Shown: positions 27,752 to 38,437, numbered from the stretch's first letter. The stretch is 64,000 bases of DNA from Candidatus Eiseniibacteriota bacterium (GCA_963717935.1 CAVQXP010000001.1:1-64000), one strand, 5' to 3'. Notes: a model not told the origin generated them from the sequence alone. Numbers and translations: made by a program.

Positions 27752-28677
27752 TGGCCGTGTCCGCCCCCAGGTCCCGCCGCCGGGCCCCGGCCAACCCCGG
27801 GTTCCCACACCTGCGCCTGGCCGAGGCCTTCGAGATCTACTTCAAGGACGCGCTCTCCGAGCGTTGCGCCGGTCCACCGAAGCTGCGCCAGGCGATGCGC
27901 TACGCGGCGCTGGGCCCCGGCAAGCGGGTGCGCCCGCTGCTCGTCCTGCTGTCCTGCGAGGCCGTCGGCGGCGACTGGTTCCGTGCCCTCCCGGCAGCGG
28001 TCGCGGTGGAGTGCGTGCACGCCTTCTCGCTGGTGCACGACGACCTGCCGGCGATGGACGATGATGACTACCGCCGCGGCCGGCTCACGACGCACCGGAA
28101 GTACGGCGAGGCCCTGGGCCTCCTGGCCGGTGACGCACTGCTCGCCTTCGGCTTCGAGGAGTTGACGATGCTCGAGGGCGCGGGGGTCCCCGCGCCCCGG
28201 GTCCTGGAGGCCGTGCGACGGCTGGCGCACGCCAGTGGCTCCGACGACCTGGTCGGCGGCCAGACGCTCGACATGGCGGCCGAAGGCCGCCGCCTGGGGG
28301 CGGTGGGCGTCGAGGCCATCCACACGCGCAAGACCGGCGCGCTCATGGGCGCGTGCCTCGCGCTCGGTGGCATCGCCGGCGGAGCGGACCCGCGCACGGT
28401 CACGGTGCTCGACGACGCCGGCCGGCTGATGGGCTTCGTCTTCCAGATCCACGACGATCTGCTGAACGCCGGCTCTTCGCTGCGCAAGCTGGGCAAGCGC
28501 ACGGGCACGGACGCGGCCCGCGGCAAGGCCACGTACCATCGCGCGGTCGGGCTGGCGGCGGCCCTGGAAAAGGAACGGTCGCTCCTGCGCTCGGCCAGGG
28601 CCATCATCGAAGTCCATTGTTCCCATCCCACGCGGCTGCTCGCACTGCTCGATGCGCTGGCGGTGAGGGAGAGGTAG
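27751..28677 (+). CDS. ispA: Polyprenyl (farnesyl/geranylgeranyl) diphosphate synthase
   Basis: GKRVRP, HDDLPAMDDDDYRRG, KTGAL, FQIHDDLLN. Confidence 0.92.
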   Translation: MAVSAPRSRRRAPANPGFPHLRLAEAFEIYFKDALSERCAGPPKLRQAMRYAALGPGKRVRPLLVLLSCEAVGGDWFRALPAAVAVECVHAFSLVHDDLPAMDDDDYRRGRLTTHRKYGEALGLLAGDALLAFGFEELTMLEGAGVPAPRVLEAVRRLAHASGSDDLVGGQTLDMAAEGRRLGAVGVEAIHTRKTGALMGACLALGGIAGGADPRTVTVLDDAGRLMGFVFQIHDDLLNAGSSLRKLGKRTGTDAARGKATYHRAVGLAAALEKERSLLRSARAIIEVHCSHPTRLLALLDALAVRER

Positions 28678-28746
28678 ACTCTGCCCCGGGCGCGCGCGGC
28701 AGGGTCCGCGCGGCAGCACGGCGGAATCCCCGGAGAACGCATCGAC

Positions 28747-31320
28747 ATGATCGCCACAGGCACGACGACGCACGACCGCAGGGGAACCGCACGAGTCGCC
28801 CTGGCCGCGCTGCTGGCGGTGGCGGCCCTGACCGTGGCCGGGGCCCTCGGCTGCAGCCAGAAGCTGCAGGGCCAGTTCATCCCGAACCAGCGCCCGACCG
28901 TGCGGCTCACCTGGGCCCCGATCGACACCACGAGCGAGTTCTTCTACGTCTACCGGATGAACTGGGTGGGCTTCGACCCGGACGGGCGCGTGACCGGCTT
29001 CCAGTACGTCGTGGACCCGCCGACGCAAGCCGGGAGCGACACGCCCTGGGTGAGCACGACGAACAACGAGCGGACCATCACGTTCACCGCCACCCAGCCC
29101 GAATCGCTGCCTACCCCGGGCCATCCTCGCATCCCCCGCAGCCAGAGCTTCCACGTGTTCGTGATCCGTTCGGTGGACAACCTGGGCGCGGTCTCCGAGC
29201 CGATCAAGCGCGCGTTCTACTCCTTCGGCGTCGCGCCCGTCGTACAGATCGAGGCGCCCCGGCCCTCGCCCCTGATCTCGCCCGCGGTGACGCCCGCGGT
29301 GCGCATCCGCTGGACGGGCAAGGACTTCGTCGATCCGAACGGGTTCGTGTTCGAGAAGCCGGTCCGGTACAAGTACGCGCTCTACAAGCGGGGCCCCAGC
29401 ATCCCGTGGAACGCCTGGCTCCAGGATCCCGATTCCCTGCGCAGGCTGGTCGCGCCGGAGTTCGCGGGCTGGGACTCGACCGGGCCCGACAGCGCGGAGG
29501 TGCAGTACACGAACCTCACGCCGAACAGCGAGTACCTGTTCGTGGTCGTGGCCATCGGGCGCTCGGGCGCGTATTCGCCGATCTTCGACCTCAACTCGAA
29601 CATGCTGCGGATGGCCGTGGGGCTCGCGGGCCAGCTCGGGCCGCGGATCACGCTTTTCAACTCGTTCTTCCAGTTCACCTACCCGAGCGGCGGTTTCCCG
29701 TCGCCACTGGATCCCTCGTGGGCGATCCAGCTCCAGATCCCCGCCGGGCAGCCTCTCACGTTCAACTGGACCGCCGAGCCCCCGGCGGGCTCGATCATGA
29801 AGCGCTATCGCTGGGTGCTGGACCTCGAGAGCCTGGACGACGAGACGCCGCGCACCAGTCAGGACGACTGGTACCACTGGAGCCCCTGGAGCCAGACGAC
29901 CACGGCGATCGTCGGTCCCTTCGCGGGGGCTGACACCGGCGAGGTGCACAACTTCTACCTCGAGGCTGAGGACATCAACGGGCTCGTGAGCCTGGGGTGG
30001 GTCCAGTTCCGGGTGTACCGGCCGACGTTCAACAAGGAACTGCTGATCGTGAATGACACGCGGTTCAACGTGGACCAGTACGTGGTGAACCGGACGGACA
30101 CGCTGCGGGCTCCGAGCGGCGTCTGGCCCACGCGCGCCGAGCTGGACACGTTCCTGTTCGCGGTCGGGGGGGTGCGCTGGAAGATGACCCCGTCGTCCCC
30201 ACTCTACGCGGTCCGGCCGAGTCCGCAGGGGATCTTCAAGGGCTACAGCTACGACACGCTGGGGACGCGCTACGGCCAGGAGAACCCCACGATCCCGCTC
30301 GGGTTCCTCGGCCAGTACCGCCACATCATCTGGATGACGGACCTGCGGGGCTCGCTGCTGGAGCTCCCGTCTACGTCTTCGACGCTGCCCACGACGACGC
30401 TGCTCTACATGTCCAGGCCCAACCGGCAGAACACGCTGGCGACCTGGGTGAGCCAGGGCGGCCAGCTGTGGGCGCTCGGCTCCGGGTTCGGCAACGCCAC
30501 GAACTCGCCCTGGAACAACCTGGGCAACGACGTCAACTCGGTCCGGGCCTACCGGTTCGACGGCACGCGACCCGACCTGACGCCGGGGCGGTTCATGTTC
30601 GACCTCGCGCACTGGCGCTCGGAGTTCCGGGTCTTCGGACCGGTCTTCGTGCGTTTCGCGCGCTATGACCAGCCGGACCCGGGGGTCGGTTACCCGTATC
30701 CGACGACCTACTGGAGGGGCGGGCACTTCACGAACCCGGACGTGGACTACACGGTGCTGCCGACGACGCTGGAGCCCCGCGATCCGTCGACGGACCCGAT
30801 CTGGCCGTTCCGCTCGCTCGGCGACTTCTACGTCGGCAACCAGATCTACAGCGCCAACGGCATCAACATCGAGTTCCTCAGCCTCCAGAACTTCATCATC
30901 GAGGAGCTCCCGGTGCCTTCGCCCACGAACCCGGACTCGACCGTCGAGCGCTCGACGCTCGACAGCCTGTACCTGGTCTACGGGAGCGCCTACCCCACGC
31001 AGATGCTGCAGTCGACCGCCGGGCAGGGCGTGAACACGGTGATGACCTACTACCACGGGCCGGAGAACGCGCCGCTGGTGTTCTCGGGGACGGACATCTG
31101 GACGTTCCGGCGGCAGGACTGCGTGGCACTGGTGGACTTCGTTCTGGGCAAGCTGTGGGGCGTGCACAGGAGCACTTCCTACGCGCCGCGCGCCGTGGCG
31201 CCCAGCCTCACGCGCCCGGCCGGATCTCCGCTGCGGTCCCAGTCACCCTCCACCGATGCGTCTCCCCGCAAGCCGCGTCCGATCGCGCCGGGCAGGGGAG
31301 CGGGACCCGGGAAGCGCTGA
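28747..31320 (+). CDS. Large hypothetical lipoprotein with tandem Ig/FN3-like domains
   Basis: Lipobox ALGC; three beta-rich W...(Y/F).Y modules; strong GC3 coding bias. Confidence 0.75.
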   Translation: MIATGTTTHDRRGTARVALAALLAVAALTVAGALGCSQKLQGQFIPNQRPTVRLTWAPIDTTSEFFYVYRMNWVGFDPDGRVTGFQYVVDPPTQAGSDTPWVSTTNNERTITFTATQPESLPTPGHPRIPRSQSFHVFVIRSVDNLGAVSEPIKRAFYSFGVAPVVQIEAPRPSPLISPAVTPAVRIRWTGKDFVDPNGFVFEKPVRYKYALYKRGPSIPWNAWLQDPDSLRRLVAPEFAGWDSTGPDSAEVQYTNLTPNSEYLFVVVAIGRSGAYSPIFDLNSNMLRMAVGLAGQLGPRITLFNSFFQFTYPSGGFPSPLDPSWAIQLQIPAGQPLTFNWTAEPPAGSIMKRYRWVLDLESLDDETPRTSQDDWYHWSPWSQTTTAIVGPFAGADTGEVHNFYLEAEDINGLVSLGWVQFRVYRPTFNKELLIVNDTRFNVDQYVVNRTDTLRAPSGVWPTRAELDTFLFAVGGVRWKMTPSSPLYAVRPSPQGIFKGYSYDTLGTRYGQENPTIPLGFLGQYRHIIWMTDLRGSLLELPSTSSTLPTTTLLYMSRPNRQNTLATWVSQGGQLWALGSGFGNATNSPWNNLGNDVNSVRAYRFDGTRPDLTPGRFMFDLAHWRSEFRVFGPVFVRFARYDQPDPGVGYPYPTTYWRGGHFTNPDVDYTVLPTTLEPRDPSTDPIWPFRSLGDFYVGNQIYSANGINIEFLSLQNFIIEELPVPSPTNPDSTVERSTLDSLYLVYGSAYPTQMLQSTAGQGVNTVMTYYHGPENAPLVFSGTDIWTFRRQDCVALVDFVLGKLWGVHRSTSYAPRAVAPSLTRPAGSPLRSQSPSTDASPRKPRPIAPGRGAGPGKR

Positions 31321-31461
31321 CCCCATTTCCACCGGGACACGACGTGCGGGCCGCGCCGATCCCGCACGCGGGGCCTCCTTGCCGCCACCCGTCCCGGCCC
31401 TTATCTTCAAGCCTCGCTTGGGACGCGCTGGCCGGCACCCGGCTGGCGTTCGCACAGGACC

Positions 31462-31909
31462 TTGAACCGGAGCCAGCGTCACGGGACCGTTCTGGATTGC
31501 CCTCATCATCGGGTTCCTCGTCCAGGGCTACAAGGGTCTGGCCTGGTTCTTCACGTATCGCCGCTGGAACCTGCGGCGCTTCGTCGAGACCGGCGGCATG
31601 CCCTCGGCGCACGCGGCTGCGGTCTCGGCGCTCACGACCGCGGTGGGCCTCGCGCAGGGGTTCGGCTCGGTCCTGTTCGGCGTGACTCTCTACTTCAGCC
31701 TCGTCATCATGTACGATGCGGCGGGCCTGCGCCGCGCCGCCGGGCGGCAGGCAGTCATCCTGAACCGGCTGATCGACGAGCACTTCGTGCATCCCGAGGC
31801 GGACACGCAGCGCCTCATGGAGTTGCTCGGTCACACGCCCTTCGAGGTCGCGGTCGGGGCGATCCTGGGCGTGACCAGCGCGTTGCTCTGGAACTGGGTC
31901 CTGGGATGA
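31462..31909 (+). CDS. Divergent PAP2 family (DUF212) membrane protein; 1-nt frameshift near 31468
   Basis: TGGMPSAH, VIMYDAAGLRRAAGRQA, LLGHTPFEV; TTG start joins the frame if one C is removed. Confidence 0.85.
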
Positions 31910-33804
31910 GCCTGCTCGAGGGCATCCACTCGCCCGCCGATCTGAAGGCGCTCTCGCGCGAGCAGATCACCGCGCTCGCCGCCGAGTTGCGCCACGTCAT
32001 CATCCAGACGGTGGCGCGCCGCGCCGGTCACCTGGCGCCGAACCTCGGCGTCGTCGAGTTGACGCTCGCGCTCCACCGGGTGTTCGACTCGCCCCGGGAC
32101 AAGATCATCTGGGACGTGGGGCACCAGTGCTACCCGCACAAGCTGCTCACGGGCCGCTACGAGCGCTTCGACACACTCCGCACCGCGGGCGGCATCGCCG
32201 GCTACCCCCGGCGCGCCGAGAGCGAGCACGACCCCTTCGGCGCCTCGCACGGGAGCACCTCGATCTCGGCCGCGCTGGGCTTCGCCGTGGCCCGCGATCT
32301 GCGCGGCGGCAACGAGCACGTCGTGGCGGTGATCGGCGACGGCGCGCTCACCGGCGGTCTGGCCTACGAGGGGCTCAACAACGCGGGCGAGCTGCAGAAG
32401 CGGCTCATCGTGGTCCTCAACGACAACGACATGAGCATCGCCCCCAACGTCGGGGCGATCGCACACTACCTGACCAAGCTCACGACCAGCCGCATCTACC
32501 GGCGCTTCGAGCGCGACGTCTGGGAGTTGCTGGGCAAGCTGCCACCCGGCTGGCGGGCGCGCGAGGGCGCGCGGCGCATCAAGGAGGGGCTGCAGAACCT
32601 GGTCGTGCCGACCGTCCTCTTCGAGGAGCTGGGCTTCAAGTACTTCGGACCGATCGACGGCCACGATCTCGACACGCTCCTGGAGACCCTGGACGACCTC
32701 AAGCGCTTCGAGGGCCCCACGCTGCTGCACGTGGTGACGACCAAGGGCAAGGGCTACGGCCCGGCCGAGCTGGACAAGACCACCTTCCACGGGGTGGGCG
32801 TCTTCGACCCCGAGACCGGGGAGGCCTCGAAGGGCGCGCGCCAGACCTACACCGGCGTCTACGGCCAGGCCGTGACCGAGATCGGCAAGCAGGTGCCCGA
32901 GGTGGTCGCGGTGACCGCGGCGATGACCGACAACACCGGCCTCAAGTGCTTCTCGAAGGAGTTCCCGGAGCGCTTCTTCGACGTCGGCATGGCCGAGGAG
33001 CACGCGGTCACCTTCTCGGCCGCGCTCGCCGCGAACGGCCTCATCCCGCTCACCACCATCTATTCGACCTTTCTGCAGCGCGCCATCGACCAGATCCTGC
33101 ACGACGCTGCGGTCCAGGACCTCTCCATCATCCTGGTTGTCGACCGCGCGGGGCTGGTGGGGGAGGACGGCGCCCCGCAGCACGGCGCCTTCGACGTCAC
33201 CTACCTGCGCATGGTCCCCGGCATGACGCTGATGGCGCCCGCCAACGGCGAGGAGCTGCGCGACATGATCTGGACGGCGGTGAAGCTGCAGCCCACCGCG
33301 AAGGGACCGATCGCCGTGCGCTTCCCGCGCGCCCCGATCCCCGAGGCGGCCCTGCCCCAGCGCCCACCGGCGCTGATCGCGCCGGGCACGGCCCAGCAGC
33401 TGCGCGCCGGGGGCGACGTCGCGCTCATCGCGCTCGGCACCATGGTGCTGCCCGCGCTGGCGGCCGCCGAGTTGCTCGCCGCCGAGGGCGTCTCCGCCAC
33501 GGTCGTCAACGCCCGCTTCGTCTGCCCGCTCGACGAGCGCGTCATCACCGGGCTGGCCCGCTCGGTCGGCCGCATCGTCACGGTCGAGGAGAACGTCCCC
33601 ATGGGCGGCTTCGGCAGCGCGGTGAGCGAATGCCTCGATCGCAACGACCTCTCGGCGACGCCGCTGATGCGCATCGCGCTGCCCGAAGGGTTCGTGTCAC
33701 ACGGCAAGCGGGACGCGCTCCTGCAGCAGGTCGGGCTCGACGGGGCCGGCATCGCCCGCCGGACCCGCGAGTGGGTCCGCGCCCAGCAGCTCCACTTCTC
33801 ATGA
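31906..33804 (+). CDS. dxs: 1-deoxy-D-xylulose-5-phosphate synthase
   Basis: WDVGHQCYPHKLLTGR, GDGALTGG, NDN, DVGMAEEHAV, YSTFLQRA, DRAGLVGEDG; ATGA overlap start. Confidence 0.97.
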   Translation: MSLLEGIHSPADLKALSREQITALAAELRHVIIQTVARRAGHLAPNLGVVELTLALHRVFDSPRDKIIWDVGHQCYPHKLLTGRYERFDTLRTAGGIAGYPRRAESEHDPFGASHGSTSISAALGFAVARDLRGGNEHVVAVIGDGALTGGLAYEGLNNAGELQKRLIVVLNDNDMSIAPNVGAIAHYLTKLTTSRIYRRFERDVWELLGKLPPGWRAREGARRIKEGLQNLVVPTVLFEELGFKYFGPIDGHDLDTLLETLDDLKRFEGPTLLHVVTTKGKGYGPAELDKTTFHGVGVFDPETGEASKGARQTYTGVYGQAVTEIGKQVPEVVAVTAAMTDNTGLKCFSKEFPERFFDVGMAEEHAVTFSAALAANGLIPLTTIYSTFLQRAIDQILHDAAVQDLSIILVVDRAGLVGEDGAPQHGAFDVTYLRMVPGMTLMAPANGEELRDMIWTAVKLQPTAKGPIAVRFPRAPIPEAALPQRPPALIAPGTAQQLRAGGDVALIALGTMVLPALAAAELLAAEGVSATVVNARFVCPLDERVITGLARSVGRIVTVEENVPMGGFGSAVSECLDRNDLSATPLMRIALPEGFVSHGKRDALLQQVGLDGAGIARRTREWVRAQQLHFS

Positions 33805-34679
33805 GCGCCCGCCTGCGCCGGATCGCGATCTCGGGCCACATCGGCCGGCCCGGCGTGCGCCGCGCCACCGCGCTCCTGTGCACGAGCCTCGCCCGCCGCG
33901 GCTGCGACGTCCGGATCGAGCAGGCCCTGGCCACCGCCCTGGGACGCGAGGGCCGGCCGCTCTCGCAGCTCGCCGCCTGGTGCCAGCTCCTGATCTCGCT
34001 GGGCGGCGACGGCAGCGTGCTCACCGGCGGGCGCGCGCTCGCCGGCCGGCGGGGAGCCCTGCTCGGGGTCAACTTCGGCGGCCTGGGCTTCCTCGCCGCC
34101 GCCGAGCAGGCCGAACTCATGCCGGCGGTGGACGCCGCGCTCGCGAGCGCCTGGCCCGTCTCCCCGCGGCGGCTGCTGCGCGCACGCGTGCTGCGCCACG
34201 GCCGCAGCCTGGCGCGCGCGCTCGCCATGAACGACGCGGTGGTGAAGGGAGCGGGCGGCTACGCCGCCATCCACCTGCAGATGCGCGCGCGCGGCCAGGA
34301 CCTCGGCCATCTCGTGGCCGACGGCCTCATCACCGCGACCGCCGCCGGCTCGACCGCCTACTCGCTCTCGGCCGGCGGCCCCGTGCTCTCGCCCGAGGTC
34401 GAAGCCATCGTGGTCACGCCGGTCTGCGCCCACTCGCTCGGCAGCCGCTCGCTCGTGCTCTCGCCGAACGAGGAGATCGCGCTGCGGCTCATCGGCTCGC
34501 TCGACCAGACCGTGCTCATGCTCGATGGCCAGGAGCACGTGCCGCTCGAGCCGGAGGATGAGATCCGCATCCGGCTCGACCGCGCGGCCGTGCGCGTCGT
34601 GCGCAACCCCGCCCGCCCCTTCGCGCACTCGCTCCAGGTCAAGCTCGGCTGGCAGGGGAGTACGCGGCGGAGCATGTAA
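33801..34679 (+). CDS. nadK: NAD(+) kinase
   Basis: LGGDGS, GVNFGGLGFL, ND, DGLITATAAGSTAYSLSAGG. Confidence 0.92.
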   Translation: MSARLRRIAISGHIGRPGVRRATALLCTSLARRGCDVRIEQALATALGREGRPLSQLAAWCQLLISLGGDGSVLTGGRALAGRRGALLGVNFGGLGFLAAAEQAELMPAVDAALASAWPVSPRRLLRARVLRHGRSLARALAMNDAVVKGAGGYAAIHLQMRARGQDLGHLVADGLITATAAGSTAYSLSAGGPVLSPEVEAIVVTPVCAHSLGSRSLVLSPNEEIALRLIGSLDQTVLMLDGQEHVPLEPEDEIRIRLDRAAVRVVRNPARPFAHSLQVKLGWQGSTRRSM

Positions 34680-34681
34680 TC

Positions 34682-36364
34682 GTGCTCGAACGCCTGGTCA
34701 TCCGCGACCTCGTGCTGGTGGAGCGGGCCGAGGTGGAATTCGGCCCGGGCCTCAACGTGGTGACCGGGGAGACCGGCGCGGGCAAGTCCCTGCTGGTGCA
34801 GGCCGTGGACCTGCTCACCGGCGGCCGCGCCGACCCGGGCGTCGTGCGCGTGGGCGCGAAGGCCGCGGTGGTCGAGGGCGAGTTCCGCCCTTCGCCGCGC
34901 GCCGCCCTGCGGGTCGGGCCGCTGCTCGCATCGTGGGGCATCGAGTGCGACGGTGAGAGCCTCATCCTCCGGCGCGAGGTCCAGACCGGCGGCAAGAGCC
35001 GTGCCCTGGTGAACCAGTCGGCGGTGACGCGAGGCGCGCTGCGGGAGCTGTGCGAGGCGCTCGCGGACCTCCATGGCCAGCACGAGCACCAGAGTCTGCT
35101 GCGCGCCGACGCGGGCCTCGAGACCCTCGATCGGCTCGCGGCGTTCGAGGGTGAGAGCGCCCGCTACGCGCAGGCGCTGTCCGCCTGGCGCGCTGCCGCC
35201 TCCCAACTCGAGGCGCTCGAGCGCTCGCTGGCGACGTACGCCGAGCGGCGCGAGTGGATGGAGCAGGCGGCGCTCGAGCTGGACGAGGCACGCCTGCGCG
35301 AGGGCGAGGACGACGAGCTCCGGCTCGAGGCCGCGCGCCGGGCCCACGCCGACCGCCTGCGCGAGCTGGTGGAGCAGGCGCTCGGGCGGCTCTCGGATGG
35401 CGAAGCGCCGGCCGTGGACGCCATCGCCCAGGCCGGGCGCGCGCTCGAGCAGGCGGCCGCGCTCGACCCGAGCCTCGCGGAGTCCCTGCCTGCGCTCGAC
35501 GAGGCGCGCATCGCCGCGACCGAGGTCGCGCGCGCTCTCGGCGAGTATGCCTCGCGCCTCGAGGCCGACCCGGCCGCGCTGGAGCAGATCGAGTCCCGGC
35601 GCGAGACGATCGCCCGGCTCGTGCGGAAGCACCGCCGCGACGTGCCCGCGCTGATCGCCTGGCGCGTGGAGCTGGGCCGTGAGCTCGCCACGGGGGAGGA
35701 CGCCGAGGCCGCGCTGTCGCGCGCGCGCGCCGCCGCGCAGGAGACGCACGCGGCCTGCCACGCCGCGGCGCGCGCCCTCTCGCGCAGACGTCAGGCGGCC
35801 GCGAAGGAGTGGGGGATGAGGCTCACGAAGGAGATGAAGCCGCTCGGGATGCAGCATGCGAGCCTCGGCTTCCGGGTCGAGCCGGACGACGGCCCGGAGC
35901 CCGCCTTCGCTGCGCACGGGCTCGACCAGGTCGAGATCATGTTCAGCGCCAACCCGGGCGAGCCTGCCCGGCCGCTGCAGCGGATCGTCTCGGGCGGCGA
36001 GCTTTCCAGGGTGATGCTGGCTCTGAAGGTAGCGCTGGAAGCCCAAGACCCCGTTGACCTTCTGCTGTTCGATGAAGTGGATTCCGGGATCGGCGGCGCG
36101 GTCGCCCAGGCGGTCGGGGAACGCCTCAAGCGCCTGGCGCGGCACCGCCAGGTCATCTGCGTGACCCACCTGCCGATGATCGCCGCCCTCGCCACCCATC
36201 ACCTGCGGGTGGACAAGTCCGTGGCGGCGGGCCGCACGGTGGCGCGCATCGTGGTGGTCGAGGACGGAGCGCGCGTCGAGGAACTCGCCCGGATGCTGGC
36301 CGGCGACCGCGTCACCGACACCACACGGCGTCAGGCCCGCGAGTTGCTGGGGGCGGGCGCGTGA
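34682..36364 (+). CDS. recN: DNA repair protein RecN
   Basis: TGETGAGKS, HGQHEHQ, SGGELSRVML, FDEVDSGIGG, THLP. Confidence 0.96.
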   Translation: MLERLVIRDLVLVERAEVEFGPGLNVVTGETGAGKSLLVQAVDLLTGGRADPGVVRVGAKAAVVEGEFRPSPRAALRVGPLLASWGIECDGESLILRREVQTGGKSRALVNQSAVTRGALRELCEALADLHGQHEHQSLLRADAGLETLDRLAAFEGESARYAQALSAWRAAASQLEALERSLATYAERREWMEQAALELDEARLREGEDDELRLEAARRAHADRLRELVEQALGRLSDGEAPAVDAIAQAGRALEQAAALDPSLAESLPALDEARIAATEVARALGEYASRLEADPAALEQIESRRETIARLVRKHRRDVPALIAWRVELGRELATGEDAEAALSRARAAAQETHAACHAAARALSRRRQAAAKEWGMRLTKEMKPLGMQHASLGFRVEPDDGPEPAFAAHGLDQVEIMFSANPGEPARPLQRIVSGGELSRVMLALKVALEAQDPVDLLLFDEVDSGIGGAVAQAVGERLKRLARHRQVICVTHLPMIAALATHHLRVDKSVAAGRTVARIVVVEDGARVEELARMLAGDRVTDTTRRQARELLGAGA

Positions 36365-37848
36365 CGGCCGCGCACGACCGTCCCGTGACTCCCGGGCGCG
36401 ACGAGTTCCGCGCGCTCGCGGCGGGCGGCAGACATGTCCCGGTCTACCGCGACGTCCCCGCCGACCACGAGACGCCCGTCTCCGCCTTCCGCAAGCTCGA
36501 CGACGGTGCCCACGCCTTCCTGATCGAGAGTCTCGAGGGTGGCGAGAAGTGGGGGCGGTTCTCCGCGCTGGGGAGCAGGCCCACGCTGGTCTTCACGGCC
36601 CGCGGCGAGCGCTGCGAGATCCTCGAGGACGGTGTCACGCGCCCCTGCGCCGGCCCGCCCCTCGATGAGTTGCGGGACCTGCTCGCGGGACGCCACGCCG
36701 TCGCCCTGCCGGGACTGCCGCGCTTCTGCGGGGGCGCGGTGGGCTACCTCGGCTGCGGCGCCGCGCGCTGGTTCGGGCGACGGACCGCGAAGGCGCCCGC
36801 CGGGCCCGGGCCGCCCGATGCCGTGTTCCTCGTCACCGGCGTCGTCACCGTCTTCGACCACGTCGCGCACACCGTCAAGGTCGTGACCCACGCGCGCGGA
36901 GGGGACGACCCCGACGCGGCGTGGGCAGCGGCGGTCGGGCGCCTCGACGCGGAGATCGCGCGGCTCGAGGCCCCGCTGGCCTGGCCTGCGACGGCGGCCG
37001 GGACCCCGCTCGGGCAGCCCGCCTCGTCGTCCACGCCCGAGCGGTTCCGGTCCGCCGTCGAACGCGCCCGGGCGCACATCCGCGCGGGGGACGTGCTGCA
37101 GCTGACGCTCGCGCGGCGCCTGAGCGTGCCCGTCCAGGTGCCCGCCTTCGAGACCTACCGAGCGCTGCGCCTGACCGCCCCGTCGCCCTACAGCCACTTT
37201 CTCAGGCTCGGCGGCCTCTGTCTCGCGGGCTCCGCGCCCGGCTCGCTGGTGCGCCGCGCGGATGACGTGGTCGAGGCGCACATCCTCTCGGGGACGCGGC
37301 CGCGCGGCCGCACACCGGAGGAGGAGCGCAGGCTGGAGGAGGAGCTGCGCGCCGGGGAGCGGGAGCGCGCGGCCCACGCTCTGCGCGTGGACCTGAGCCG
37401 CAGCGACGTGGGCTGCGTGGCCGAGCCCGGCACCGTCGACACCAGCGAGTGGATGGAGGTGGAGCGCCATTCGCAGGCCATGCACCTGGGGTCCACCGTC
37501 CGTGGCCGGCCGCGGCAGGACGCCGGCCCGCTGGACCTGCTGGGGGCCTGCTTCCCCGCCGGCGGCGACTGCGGCGTGCCCCGGCCCCGGGCCCTGGAAC
37601 TCATCGAGGAGCTGGAGCCGGCGTCGCGCGGGGTCCACGCCGGGGCGGTCGGATACTTCGACCTTCGAGGCGGCCTGGACCTGTGCAGCGCCGCGCACAC
37701 GCTGGTCCTCGCCGACGGGCGCGCCGACTGGAGCGCGGGGGCCGTGATCGCCGCGGACACCGACCCCGAGGCGGCGTGGCGCGAGACCCAGGACCAGGCC
37801 CGCGGGCCGTGGCTCGCCCTTCAGCGCGCCACGGGAGCCTCGCGATGA
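36361..37848 (+). CDS. Anthranilate synthase component I-like (TrpE/MST fold), active-site residues substituted
   Basis: D.ETPVSAF, FLIESLEGGEKWGRFS, FCGGAVGY, PSPY, GTRPRG retained; EH.MLVDLGRND, GTVSGAPK, IRT and E..ET..KA motifs altered. Confidence 0.8.
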   Translation: MTAAHDRPVTPGRDEFRALAAGGRHVPVYRDVPADHETPVSAFRKLDDGAHAFLIESLEGGEKWGRFSALGSRPTLVFTARGERCEILEDGVTRPCAGPPLDELRDLLAGRHAVALPGLPRFCGGAVGYLGCGAARWFGRRTAKAPAGPGPPDAVFLVTGVVTVFDHVAHTVKVVTHARGGDDPDAAWAAAVGRLDAEIARLEAPLAWPATAAGTPLGQPASSSTPERFRSAVERARAHIRAGDVLQLTLARRLSVPVQVPAFETYRALRLTAPSPYSHFLRLGGLCLAGSAPGSLVRRADDVVEAHILSGTRPRGRTPEEERRLEEELRAGERERAAHALRVDLSRSDVGCVAEPGTVDTSEWMEVERHSQAMHLGSTVRGRPRQDAGPLDLLGACFPAGGDCGVPRPRALELIEELEPASRGVHAGAVGYFDLRGGLDLCSAAHTLVLADGRADWSAGAVIAADTDPEAAWRETQDQARGPWLALQRATGASR

Positions 37849-38437
37849 TCGGGGTCATCGACAACCACGGCGCCTTCATCGGCAGCCTGCTGCAGTACCT
37901 GGCCACGCTCGGTGCACGCTTCGAGGTCCACGCGAACGACGCCATCACGGCCGAAGCGCTGGGCGCGCGTCCGATCGAGGGCCTGGTGCTGTCGTCCGGG
38001 CCGGGGGATCCGACGGCTGCCGGCGTGACGCCCGAAGCGATCCGCCGGTTCGCCGGCCGCGTGCCCATCCTGGGCATCGGCCTCGCTCACCAGGCTCTGG
38101 CCCAGGTCTACGGCGCGAAGCTCGCACCGGCCCCGGACCTCCTGCACGGCACGACGAGCCCCGTGCTGCACCGGGGCCGGGGCCTCTTCGCCGGTCTCGA
38201 GAACCCCTTCGCGGCAGCGCGCTATCATGCGCAGGTCGTGGAGCGCGAGTCCCTGCCCCGCACCCTCGAGATCACGGCCTGGACCCCCCAGGGGGAGATC
38301 ATGGGGCTGCGACATCGCGATCACGAGTGCTGGGGTGTACAGTTCCCGCCCCAGTCCATCCTGACCTGCCCGGGCCTCAGGCTCGTGGAGAACTTCCTTG
38401 TCGCTGTGCCGCCATCACAAGGGAGGTACCCCAGTGA
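37845..38437 (+). CDS. TrpG/PabA-like glutamine amidotransferase homolog lacking the catalytic triad; 3' end frameshifted
   Basis: IDN, GPG.P, RYH, IMGLRH recognisable; GIGLAHQ replaces GVCLGHQ and QFPPQS replaces QFHPES. Confidence 0.8.

Noticed and set aside
27523..31167. Very long antisense ORFs (also 6328-9327, 13745-15703, 18860-21400, 45902-49423)
   Set aside because: Shadow ORFs opposite well-supported genes; typical of high GC3, with no recognisable motifs
31432..31447. Second sigma54-like motif (CGGCAC-N5-TGGC)
   Set aside because: Poor -12 element and too close to the start codon to leave room for the SD
31462..33804. 780-aa Dxs with a long N-terminal extension
   Set aside because: The extension is the off-frame reading of the DUF212 gene; dxs starts at the ATGA overlap at 31906
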